Shown piece after piece: positions 35,682 through 44,589 of a stretch of 64,000 nt of DNA. The stretch is from an uncultured Clostridia bacterium. GTDB taxonomy: Bacteria; Bacillota; Clostridia; Christensenellales; CAG-314. The position numbers were made by a program, and so were the translations under genes. The notes below the pieces were generated by a model. The model ran no database searches and had not been told where the DNA came from. It worked only from the letters and a program-made list of their open reading frames with translations. The stretch lies in contig CANQGD010000004.1 of assembly GCA_947601445.1 (NCBI GenBank), positions 1,108 through 65,107 of the forward strand, written 5' to 3'. Numbering within the stretch: position 1 is the stretch's first letter; every line of letters begins with the position of its first letter.

Positions 35682-38192
35682 ATGAAAAGGAAATTTAACA
35701 TTACAGGTATGACATGTTCGGCTTGTTCGAGTCACGTGGAAAAAGCTGTTGCAAAACTCAAAGGCGTGCAAAACGTTTCGGTCAGTTTGCTTACCAACAG
35801 TATGACGGTGGAGTACGATGAAAAAGCGACAAACGAAAAGGCTATTTGCGCCGCTGTCAAAAAAAGCGGATACGGTGCAAGCGCCGTCGGACAAAATGAA
35901 GAAAAAAATATCGTGCATACTGCGCCTACAAACACTGTAACGCTGACTCGGCTGATAATTTCCGTTGTTTTTTGCGTAATACTTATGTATTTTTCCATGG
36001 GACAAATGATAAATCTGCCATTGCCGAGTTTTCTTGTCGGGAGCGAAAATGCCGTATCGCTTGCATTGGCACAATTGATTTTGTGTATTCCCGTCTGGTT
36101 TGTAAACTTTCCTTACTTTTCGGTTGGTTTCAAGCGTTTGTTTAGGGGTTCACCAAATATGGATACGCTTATTGCCGTGGGGTCTGCCGCAAGCGCGCTG
36201 TATGCGATAGCGGTCACGTTTGTCATGAGTTATGCTTTGGGTAACAAAGATGTGGCAGTTTTGGAAAAATATCAAAATATGCTTTATTACGATTCGTCCG
36301 CTATGATACTTGCGCTTGTCGATCTCGGAAAATATTTCGAAGGGCGCAGTAAATTAAAAACGGGAGACGCTCTTGCAAAATTGCGTAAACTTGCTCCGGA
36401 TAAAGCGCTGCTCGTTGTGGACGACGTCGAGACGGAAGTTGACGGAAAATCGTTGAAGGCGGGGGACGTGGTTGCGGTAAAAGCGGGGATGTCCTTTCCC
36501 GCAGACGGAAAAGTTATTTTCGGAAACTGTTTTGCCGATGAAAGCAGTATCAGCGGCGAAAGTCTTCCCGTAGAAAAGCAAACAGACAGTTCCGTTATCG
36601 GCGGAACGGTGTGTACAGGCGGGTACGTCAGAGTGAGGATTACCACTGTAGGACAAGACAGCGTGTTGGAAAAAATAATTACATTGGTTGAAGAAGCCGG
36701 CACTTCCAAAGCTCCTATACAGCGTCTCGCCGATAAGATTTCCTCGGTATTTGTGCCCATAGTTATGTCCGTTTCGCTTGTAACTTTTATTGTGTGGCTG
36801 TGTTTGGGGCAGTCGATTGCCAACGCGCTGAATTTTGCCGTATCCGTGCTGGTTATTTCCTGTCCTTGCGCATTGGGCTTGGCAACTCCCGTTGCAATAA
36901 TGGTCGCCACAGGTAAAGGGGCGGAGAACGGTATACTTATCAAAAACGGCGAAATATTGGAACGATTGGCAGATATAAAACAGGTTGTATTGGACAAAAC
37001 CGGAACGGTAACGCTTGGCAAGCCTCACGTCAGACAGTTTGCCTCCGATATTGATGAAAATCTTTTTTTCGCGTTGGTAGGCGGAATAGAAAAGCAAAGC
37101 GAGCATCCTCTTGGGAAAGCCGTAGCGGAGCGTGCGGAACAAATGAATGTACCGTTGAGAATGCCTGCGGAATTTCAAACATTGCCGGGCAGAGGAGTGA
37201 TCGCAAATGTCGACGGGAAAATATATATTGTCGGCAATAAGCGCCTTATGGAAGAACAGGGTGTGAATGTTGAAAAATATATAGAAAAATTGCAGGAGTA
37301 TTCTCAAAATGCGCTAACTTGTTTGCTCGTGGCATGCGACGAAAAATGTATCGGAATAATCGGCGTAGGAGACGAAATAAAATCCACGTCAAAGCAAGCG
37401 ATCTCATTGCTAAAAAAACAAAATATACAAACGGTATTGCTTACAGGGGACAACGCATTGGCGGCAAAAGCCGTTTGCAACGAGTTGGATGTGGAAAATT
37501 TTTATGCGGAAGTATTGCCGGATCAAAAAGAACAAAAGGTGCGCGAATTGATGAAAAACGGCGTCACTGCAATGGTGGGAGACGGGATCAACGACGCGCC
37601 TGCGTTGACGCGCGCCGATATTGGATTCGCAGTTGCCAACGGAGCTGATATTGCCATCGACAGCGCCGACGTGTTGCTTGTCAAAAACGATATACGCGAT
37701 GTGTCTACCGCCGTTGAACTGAGTCAAAAAACAAAACGCAATATCAAACAAAACTTGTTTTGGGCGTTCTTCTACAATGCTCTCGGGATTCCTCTTGCCG
37801 CCGGCGTGTTGGCTCCCATCAATTTGACTCTGAGCCCTATGATAGCCGCAGCCGCAATGAGTCTCAGTAGTTTGTTTGTTGTAACCAATGCTTTGCGTTT
37901 GAGATTTTTCAAACCGCACAGTTTTATAAATAAAAAAATATCCGAAAAAAATTCAAAAAAATCTAAGGAGGCTACCATGAAGTATCAACTTGTAATCGAA
38001 GGAATGATGTGCGGACATTGTACCGCACGCGTGCAGCAGGCGTTGCAGTCAACACGCGGCGTAATATCTGTGGATGTGAATTTGGAAAACAAATCCGCGA
38101 CGGTAGAGGTCAAGGAAAAAGTAAAATGCGACGTTCTTAAAAAAGCCGTGGAAAAAGCCGGTTATACCGTTATCGGAGTGACGCAGTTATGA
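35682..38192 (+). CDS. copA: Copper-translocating P1B-type ATPase with N- and C-terminal HMA domains
   Basis: N-terminal GMTCSACSSHVE, CPC in SCPCALGLATP, DKTGT, GDGINDAP, and a second HMA (GMMCGHCTARVQ) at the C-terminus. Confidence 0.92.
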   Translation: MKRKFNITGMTCSACSSHVEKAVAKLKGVQNVSVSLLTNSMTVEYDEKATNEKAICAAVKKSGYGASAVGQNEEKNIVHTAPTNTVTLTRLIISVVFCVILMYFSMGQMINLPLPSFLVGSENAVSLALAQLILCIPVWFVNFPYFSVGFKRLFRGSPNMDTLIAVGSAASALYAIAVTFVMSYALGNKDVAVLEKYQNMLYYDSSAMILALVDLGKYFEGRSKLKTGDALAKLRKLAPDKALLVVDDVETEVDGKSLKAGDVVAVKAGMSFPADGKVIFGNCFADESSISGESLPVEKQTDSSVIGGTVCTGGYVRVRITTVGQDSVLEKIITLVEEAGTSKAPIQRLADKISSVFVPIVMSVSLVTFIVWLCLGQSIANALNFAVSVLVISCPCALGLATPVAIMVATGKGAENGILIKNGEILERLADIKQVVLDKTGTVTLGKPHVRQFASDIDENLFFALVGGIEKQSEHPLGKAVAERAEQMNVPLRMPAEFQTLPGRGVIANVDGKIYIVGNKRLMEEQGVNVEKYIEKLQEYSQNALTCLLVACDEKCIGIIGVGDEIKSTSKQAISLLKKQNIQTVLLTGDNALAAKAVCNELDVENFYAEVLPDQKEQKVRELMKNGVTAMVGDGINDAPALTRADIGFAVANGADIAIDSADVLLVKNDIRDVSTAVELSQKTKRNIKQNLFWAFFYNALGIPLAAGVLAPINLTLSPMIAAAAMSLSSLFVVTNALRLRFFKPHSFINKKISEKNSKKSKEATMKYQLVIEGMMCGHCTARVQQALQSTRGVISVDVNLENKSATVEVKEKVKCDVLKKAVEKAGYTVIGVTQL

Positions 38193-38446
38193 CAGCGAAT
38201 AAAGAAAAAGTAGTGCGGCTTCTCAAAACCGCGCGCGGACAAATAGACGGCATACTGAAAATGATAGACGACAATCGTTATTGCATAGATATTTCCAATC
38301 AAATTATGGCATGTCAGGCAGTATTGTCCAAAGTAAACCGAGAAGTACTGAATGCGCATTTGCAGAATTGCGTACTGAGCGGTAACGGCGACGACAGCAA
38401 GGAAAAGCTTGCGGAAATAGCCAAAATCCTCGATCAACTGCTCTAA
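38189..38446 (+). CDS. csoR: CsoR-family metal-sensing repressor
   Basis: 85 aa with ARGQIDGILKMIDDNRYCIDISNQIMACQAVL...H..C, the C-H-C ligand pattern of the DUF156 fold. ATGA overlap with the copA stop. Confidence 0.85.
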   Translation: MTANKEKVVRLLKTARGQIDGILKMIDDNRYCIDISNQIMACQAVLSKVNREVLNAHLQNCVLSGNGDDSKEKLAEIAKILDQLL

Positions 38447-38484
38447 AAAAGAAAGAATTGCCGATTGTACCAATATAATAAGGT

Positions 38485-38760
38485 ATGAGCAATTCTTTTT
38501 TAAATTGCGTCGCCGATATTTGCGGCGTGGAATTGGCAACGCTTTTGACCGAGTGTAAATATACTGTGTTCGGAAATCATACTGCGGTAATAGAAGGTCA
38601 CAGAGGCATTGCGGAATATTCGTCCAATGGCATATCCTTTGCCGTAAACAAATCGTTTTTGCATATACGGGGTGCAAATTTACGGATAAAATGTTTGGAA
38701 AAAAATTTTGCCGTGGTAGTCGGTGAAATTGATTCCGTTGAGGTGCGCCGTGAAAAATAG
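38485..38760 (+). CDS. yqfC: Sporulation protein YqfC (YabP/YqfC family)
   Basis: 91 aa. VIEGHRGIAEYSSNGISF...LRIKCLEKNFAVVVGEIDSVEV matches the family pattern. It sits in the conserved position upstream of yqfD. Confidence 0.75.
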   Translation: MSNSFLNCVADICGVELATLLTECKYTVFGNHTAVIEGHRGIAEYSSNGISFAVNKSFLHIRGANLRIKCLEKNFAVVVGEIDSVEVRREK

Positions 38761-39832
38761 TTGCAAAATCAGCTTCGAGGGATTGAATGTCAACAGACTG
38801 ATGACGGTATTGGGTAAAAAGGGAATTACAATTTACGGCGTTATCAAACAGGGTAAAAAATATATTTTGGAAGTTCCTGCAAGTCGATCTCGGCAGACTA
38901 TTGCATTATTAAAAGAAAAGTGCTATAATATACTCGGTATAGAATTTTTCGGCATATCCAAGGTCGTAAAGTTTTTGAAAAAACACTTTGTTTTGCCGAT
39001 ATTTTGCCTGTTTGCCGTGATTGTAATTGCGGTTTCGTCGCAATTATGCTTTCGTATAGAGGTCAACGGTGATTTTGAACAGCAGATCGTATGCGACGCT
39101 TTGCAAGATTTGGGCGTAAAAGTCGGCGCCGATCTGCACAAATTAAATATAAACCGTCTGCAAAATGCTTTGGCAAACAAATTGGACGCCACGTATGCGG
39201 TTGTCAGGCGATCCGGCAGCGTTTTATACGTCAACGTTATTGCTAAAAAGGAAATAGACCCGCCGATAAAGCTCGATGTAAAGCGAAACATTGTGGCGAC
39301 GCGTTCGGGTACGGTAGTCGGCGTTTTGTGCGAACAGGGTACTCCGTTAGTCAAAATCGGCGATTCGGTAAAAGCGGGCGACGTACTGATAGAGGGTAAA
39401 AGACTTTTCAACGACGGTACGAGCGAAGACGTATATGCCCTCGGACGGGTGACGCTTGAAATTACATCAAGCGGTTTTGCCCCGTTTGACGGAACAAAAA
39501 CGGTTACGGTTGAAACCGGAAAAACCTTTAATACAACGGGAGTGGTGTTGTTTGGTAAGGAATATGCAAAGACTTGTCCTTTTGCACAATACAACGTCGA
39601 AACCGTTGTTACAAGGCTTTTCCCGTTGAATTTGGAAATTCGCAAGGAGTGCTATCGTGAAACGGTAACGCAGCGCGTCCCCGCAGCTATCGAAGAATGT
39701 ATCGAGGAGTTGAAGTCGGAAGCATACAGGTCGGCTTTTGCCATTGCGGATTTTGCGGTCAAGGATATTAAATACGACATTCAATCGGATGGAGTACACG
39801 TAACTCTGTACGGAGAGGTATGTCTGGAATAA
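38748..39832 (+). CDS. yqfD: Sporulation protein YqfD
   Basis: GTG 38748 follows GAGGTG. The N-terminus VKNSCKISFEGLNVNRLM parallels the B. subtilis YqfD start. It has a single central TM and conserved synteny. Confidence 0.75.
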
Positions 39833-39844
39833 TCGGAGGGATAT

Positions 39845-40795
39845 TTGCTTTCTCAAAAGATTGAAGTAAACTCGATGGACGAACTGATGAAACTGTTCGG
39901 ACCGTTTGACGAAAATATCAAGGCGATTTGCAGTTCTTTCAACGTAAAGGTTATTATGCAAGAAGGGCAGAACAGCCTTTATGGTGAAGATGCCGATGTC
40001 AATATGGCAATGAGCGTAATTGCAAAACTATGCGATTTTATCGCAAACGGCGACAGCATCGATATTGGCAGAGTAAACTATCTTTGCGAACTTGCCAAGT
40101 CTGACAAACTTAACGAAGTCGACGAACTGCTTGACGATGTGGTGGCGATTACATCTCGCGGAAAACCCATTAAATGTAAAACCGTAGGGCAGAAAAAGTA
40201 CGTCGATTTGATGAAAAAGAACACAATAACTTTCGGCGTAGGACCTGCCGGCACGGGCAAAACTTACCTTGCGGTGGCGATTGCCGTAAACGCCTACAAG
40301 TCCAAACAGGTGGAAAAAATCATTCTCACACGCCCCGCAGTAGAGGCAGGGGAAAAACTCGGATTTTTGCCCGGCGACTTGCAAGAAAAAGTAAACCCAT
40401 ATCTTCGTCCGCTTTATGACGCCTTGCAGGAATTGCTCGGTATGGAAAGTTACTCCAAAATGATGGAGCGCGGAACAATAGAAATAGCGCCGTTGGCGTA
40501 TATGCGCGGGCGCACTCTCAACAATGCTTATGTAATTTTGGACGAGGCTCAAAATACCACAAGAGAACAAATCAAAATGTTTTTGACAAGATTGGGCGAG
40601 GGCAGTAAAATGGTAATAACGGGCGATCTCACGCAAATAGATTTGCCCAAAGGTTTGACTTCGGGTTTGAGACATGCGATAAAAATCTTGAAAGACATTG
40701 AAGATATAGGAATTATTCGTTTGAATGACAGGGATGTTGTGCGCCATCCGTTGGTGCAAAAAATTGTCAAAGCATACGAAACAGAGGATAAATAA
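39845..40795 (+). CDS. phoH: PhoH-family ATPase
   Basis: Walker A GPAGTGKTYLAVA, DEAQN, and a PhoH C-terminus. TTG start behind GGAGGG. Confidence 0.9.
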   Translation: MLSQKIEVNSMDELMKLFGPFDENIKAICSSFNVKVIMQEGQNSLYGEDADVNMAMSVIAKLCDFIANGDSIDIGRVNYLCELAKSDKLNEVDELLDDVVAITSRGKPIKCKTVGQKKYVDLMKKNTITFGVGPAGTGKTYLAVAIAVNAYKSKQVEKIILTRPAVEAGEKLGFLPGDLQEKVNPYLRPLYDALQELLGMESYSKMMERGTIEIAPLAYMRGRTLNNAYVILDEAQNTTREQIKMFLTRLGEGSKMVITGDLTQIDLPKGLTSGLRHAIKILKDIEDIGIIRLNDRDVVRHPLVQKIVKAYETEDK

Positions 40796-42222
40796 TGAGA
40801 AAAATCAAAAAAATAACCAATATTAAGTGGAAAGACATAATAACGAGCTACATAGCCGTATTTGTGATTTTTTCCGCAGTGACAATATTGGTAAACCTTG
40901 ACCGACTTACTTGGTTGAGGGTAGGCGTGCAGTTGGCAACATTGGTAATTTTGTTGGTTGCCCTGGCGCTTTACACATATTTTTCGGACATTGCCGTCAT
41001 GGAAAGCACGCGAAAAACTTGGGCAATGTTCGCCACCATGTTGGTTGCTTACGGTTTGATTCAGCTTGCGCCAATCTGGGAATATGTAATAAATTTGGTT
41101 CCATTTGCGCTTTGTTCATTGATATTATCTCTTATTGTCTCCGGTAAAAGCGGTTTCTTTGCAAACTTTATTGTTATCATGCTATGCTTTATGCAGGACA
41201 TAAATTGGCAAATTTCGGCGACGGTGGCAACGGAGAACTTCTTTTATTTGCTATTCAGCGGCGTGATCGAAGCGGTATTTGCATCTTTTGTACTTGGAAA
41301 ACATTATCGTCGTTCTCGCTATTTGGTAGTTGGATTGGTATTGGGCGTAATTTCCGTTATTTGTGCAACCATCAGCTACCTTATGTTCAGCGACGATTGG
41401 TCTTGGATAGTGTACGGTATTAAAGCGGCTTGTTCGTTTGCCAGCGGAATCATAGGCGTAATGCTTATGTTTGTACTGGTGCCGTTGTTTGAAAAAATCT
41501 TCAATGTAAGTTCTGTATTCAGATTTTCCGAAATCGCAACATCCGACAGCGAACTTATGCGCAAACTGTTTGAAAAGGCTCCCGGTACTTACAACCACAG
41601 TCTGACTGTGGCAACCTATGTCGAGGCATGCGCGGCTGCAATAGGCGAAAGCGCCGTTATGGCGCGTGCAGCAGCCTACTATCACGACATCGGCAAGATG
41701 AAAAACCCAAGTTATTTTGCGGAAAATCAATTCAGCGGAATAAATCCGCATGACAGTATGACTCCCGAAGCCAGCGTCAATATGATAAAATATCACACGT
41801 TGAACGGTTTGGCAATTGCAAAAGAGTACGGACTTCCCAAGGAGGTTCAGTCGGCTATTGTGGAACATCACGGCACAATGGTTATAAAATATTTCTATCT
41901 TAAAGCGCAAAAATATACCGACGGAACTTTACCCTATGACGGGTATTGTTACGACGGTCCAAAGCCGACTAATAAAATCTCCGCGATACTTATGATATGC
42001 GATGCCGCCGAGGCGGCGCTCAGAGCCAACGGCGACAAGAGCAATGTGGAAAAAATTGTGGATGATATAGTGGCAGAGCGTATGGCTTTTGAACAGTTTT
42101 CCGATTGCAACATCTCTTTGAAAGAGTTGGATATAGTAAAAAGTACGATTATTTCTACATTTGCGGGTATCAGACACAAACGTGTATCCTACCCCGATGT
42201 TCGTTTGACCGGTGAAAAATGA
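40795..42222 (+). CDS. 7TM-HD (HDIG) phosphohydrolase, PgpH/YqfF-like, short form
   Basis: Seven TM segments are followed by an HD domain (YNHSLTVA, YYHDIGK, EHHGT). It lacks the N-terminal extracellular domain of B. subtilis YqfF. Confidence 0.8.
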   Translation: MRKIKKITNIKWKDIITSYIAVFVIFSAVTILVNLDRLTWLRVGVQLATLVILLVALALYTYFSDIAVMESTRKTWAMFATMLVAYGLIQLAPIWEYVINLVPFALCSLILSLIVSGKSGFFANFIVIMLCFMQDINWQISATVATENFFYLLFSGVIEAVFASFVLGKHYRRSRYLVVGLVLGVISVICATISYLMFSDDWSWIVYGIKAACSFASGIIGVMLMFVLVPLFEKIFNVSSVFRFSEIATSDSELMRKLFEKAPGTYNHSLTVATYVEACAAAIGESAVMARAAAYYHDIGKMKNPSYFAENQFSGINPHDSMTPEASVNMIKYHTLNGLAIAKEYGLPKEVQSAIVEHHGTMVIKYFYLKAQKYTDGTLPYDGYCYDGPKPTNKISAILMICDAAEAALRANGDKSNVEKIVDDIVAERMAFEQFSDCNISLKELDIVKSTIISTFAGIRHKRVSYPDVRLTGEK

Positions 42223-42704
42223 CAATTTATTTTACTGACGTAGGTACTCACAAACACAAAATAAAACATGTTTTGGAAAGGGCGCTGAAATATTTGAAAC
42301 AGCCGTCGCGTCATATAGAAATGTCTCTTTCCGTAGTCGGACCGGATGAAATACAACGGCTGAACAAGCAATTTCGCGGAGTGGACGCAGTGACGGACGT
42401 TTTGTCTTTTCCCACTCTCGAACTTAACAAAGCAAAGTTGGATCACGCCGATCTTCCGACTGACGCCGTCAATTCCAAGACGGGAAAGGTCAACATCGGC
42501 GATGTTATTATATGTTTCGATCGCGCAAAAGAACAGGCAGCGAATTTCGGACACAGTCTCAAACGGGAATTGTGTTTTTTGTCGTTGCACGGGTTGTTGC
42601 ATTTGCTCGGTTACGATCATGTTGAGGCAGATGACGAACGAGAAATGAACGAATTGCAGGAACAGATACTTTCCAAATTACGTATTACAAGGGACGAAAA
42701 ATGA
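42219..42704 (+). CDS. ybeY: rRNA maturation endoribonuclease YbeY
   Basis: HGLLHLLGYDH zinc motif. ATGA overlap with the upstream gene. Confidence 0.9.
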   Translation: MTIYFTDVGTHKHKIKHVLERALKYLKQPSRHIEMSLSVVGPDEIQRLNKQFRGVDAVTDVLSFPTLELNKAKLDHADLPTDAVNSKTGKVNIGDVIICFDRAKEQAANFGHSLKRELCFLSLHGLLHLLGYDHVEADDEREMNELQEQILSKLRITRDEK

Positions 42705-43591
42705 GAAAAACCGGTTTTATTGCAATTGTGGGAAAAGCCAATGCGGGAAAATCCACCTTGATCAACTCGTTTGTGCGCCAAAAAGTATCGATAGTTTCCC
42801 CAAAGCCTCAAACAACTCGGGAACAAGTGCTCGGTGTGTGGACGGATGACGACAGCCAAATGGTTTTTGTGGATACTCCCGGATTTTTTCAAAGTAAAAA
42901 TGCATTGGGCGACTATATGTTGAAAAGTATCGACAATGCGGTACAAAACGTGGATTGTATTTTGGTGGTAATAGACGGGCACGACGGGATCGACGAACAG
43001 GAAATCGCACAAATTTCGAGATACCGCAAGCAAAATGTGCCTATTGTTGTCGCCGTTACCAAAACGGATATTTCTCAGCCGGAAAAATTGATGCCCGAAT
43101 TGTCCAAGCTCAACGGTTTGGAAGGCGTTGCGGAGGTGTATTGCGTATCGGCAAAGCGCAACAAAGGCGTGGAAGAGTTGAAACAGGCGCTGAAAAAGTA
43201 TCTGAACGGCACCGAGATGTATTTCGAAGAAGATGATGTGACCGACAAAACACAACGTTTTGCTGTAAGCGAAATAATTCGTGAAAAGGTGTTGCTTGCA
43301 TGTGAAAACGAAATCCCGCACGGAGTAGGCGTTGCAATTAACATTATGCGTCAAAACGGAAATACGTGGGATATAGACGCCACGGTGATAGTGGAAAAGG
43401 CGTCTCACAAGCCGATAGTGTTGGGCAAACACGGTGCGATGATCAAAGGTATAGCGACTCATGCCCGCGAAAGCATAGAAAAATTGCTCGAAGCAAAGGT
43501 GTTTTTGACATTGTGGGTCAAAGTAAAGGAAAATTGGCGTAACAATCCATCTATGCTTAACGAGTTGGGTTACTCAAACAGAAGCAAGTAA
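42701..43591 (+). CDS. era: GTPase Era
   Basis: G1 GKANAGKST, G3 DTPG, G4 TKTD, and a C-terminal KH domain. Confidence 0.92.
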   Translation: MRKTGFIAIVGKANAGKSTLINSFVRQKVSIVSPKPQTTREQVLGVWTDDDSQMVFVDTPGFFQSKNALGDYMLKSIDNAVQNVDCILVVIDGHDGIDEQEIAQISRYRKQNVPIVVAVTKTDISQPEKLMPELSKLNGLEGVAEVYCVSAKRNKGVEELKQALKKYLNGTEMYFEEDDVTDKTQRFAVSEIIREKVLLACENEIPHGVGVAINIMRQNGNTWDIDATVIVEKASHKPIVLGKHGAMIKGIATHARESIEKLLEAKVFLTLWVKVKENWRNNPSMLNELGYSNRSK

Positions 43592-43644
43592 ATTTTGTAT
43601 ACAACGGTGTCAATTTAGACAAACTAAAAGGCAAGGAGGTTTGC

Positions 43645-43764
43645 ATGAAAAACACCGTTTGGAAATTGTTTCGGGAAACAGGCAACCCCGTATATTACCT
43701 GCTGTACAAGGAACTTGCACAAGATGGACATAACGACAAAGGGCATCGCCCTAAAAGCCACTGA
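43645..43764 (+). CDS. yqzL: YqzL-family small protein (39 aa)
   Basis: Not in the ORF track. SD AAGGAGG precedes the start. WKLFRETGNPVYYLLYKEL matches the YqzL pattern, and it holds the conserved era-yqzL-recO position. Confidence 0.55.
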   Translation: MKNTVWKLFRETGNPVYYLLYKELAQDGHNDKGHRPKSH

Positions 43765-44449
43765 TTACAAAGAAAACGACAAACTAATTTTGCTGTACTC
43801 TCTCGAGTACGGCAAAATTACCGTTTACGCCAAAGGAATACGCAAAGGCAGCGCAAAATTGAAATTCGCTGCGGATCAGTTTTGTTTCGGTCAATATGAA
43901 CTGTCAAAAACAGACGATCGATTTACTTTGAAGACCTGCGACCAGTTGGAAAGTTTCTATTCCATTCGTGAAGACGTCGCCGCGTACTATTCCGCCTGTA
44001 CCGTTGCGGAATGTCTTATGAGTTACACCGAAGAAGGACAGTCGGAGCCGAATGTTTTTGTGGAAACGCTTAAAGCGCTGGCGGCTCTTGCGGACGGGAC
44101 CGAACCGTTGATCGTTTCTCTCAGATATATACTCGCGTTTTTGGAAATGCAGGGCGTAAAGTTACAATTTGATAGGTGTATGGTATGCGGAGAAAAGAAA
44201 AAGAATATTTTTCTCGATTTGCAGCGGGGCGGCATTGTTTGCGACGTTTGCGGAACGGCTGATTGCATTACGATTTCCGCGCGTACTGCCGCATTGTGCA
44301 AAATGGTGGAAAACATGCCGTATGACAAACTGAAAAATCTCAATTTTACGCAGGAATCTCTTAAAGACGCTTTGCAGATTTGTTACCGTTACATATCACA
44401 CAGTTTTTCTCAACCGAAAAGTCTCGGCGAATTGCTCAGAATAAAATAG
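43724..44449 (+). CDS. recO: DNA repair protein RecO
   Basis: N-terminal OB fold (GIALKATDYKENDKLILLYS) and zinc finger CMVCG...CDVCG. ATG 43724 chosen. Confidence 0.85.
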   Translation: MDITTKGIALKATDYKENDKLILLYSLEYGKITVYAKGIRKGSAKLKFAADQFCFGQYELSKTDDRFTLKTCDQLESFYSIREDVAAYYSACTVAECLMSYTEEGQSEPNVFVETLKALAALADGTEPLIVSLRYILAFLEMQGVKLQFDRCMVCGEKKKNIFLDLQRGGIVCDVCGTADCITISARTAALCKMVENMPYDKLKNLNFTQESLKDALQICYRYISHSFSQPKSLGELLRIK

Positions 44450-44467
44450 TTTGTGATGAAAATTTTA

Positions 44468-44497
44468 AGACAGAAAAATCCTTTCTGTCTTTTTTTA
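44468..44497 (+). terminator. Intrinsic terminator after recO
   Basis: AGACAGAAA-AATCC-TTTCTGTCT followed by TTTTTT. Confidence 0.75.
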
Positions 44498-44589
44498 TTT
44501 GTGATTGCACGATATTGTATGCAATTATTTGACGTGGCAAATAAAGTAGTGATATACTATAATGCTATATCAAAAGATTAGAGGACCTG

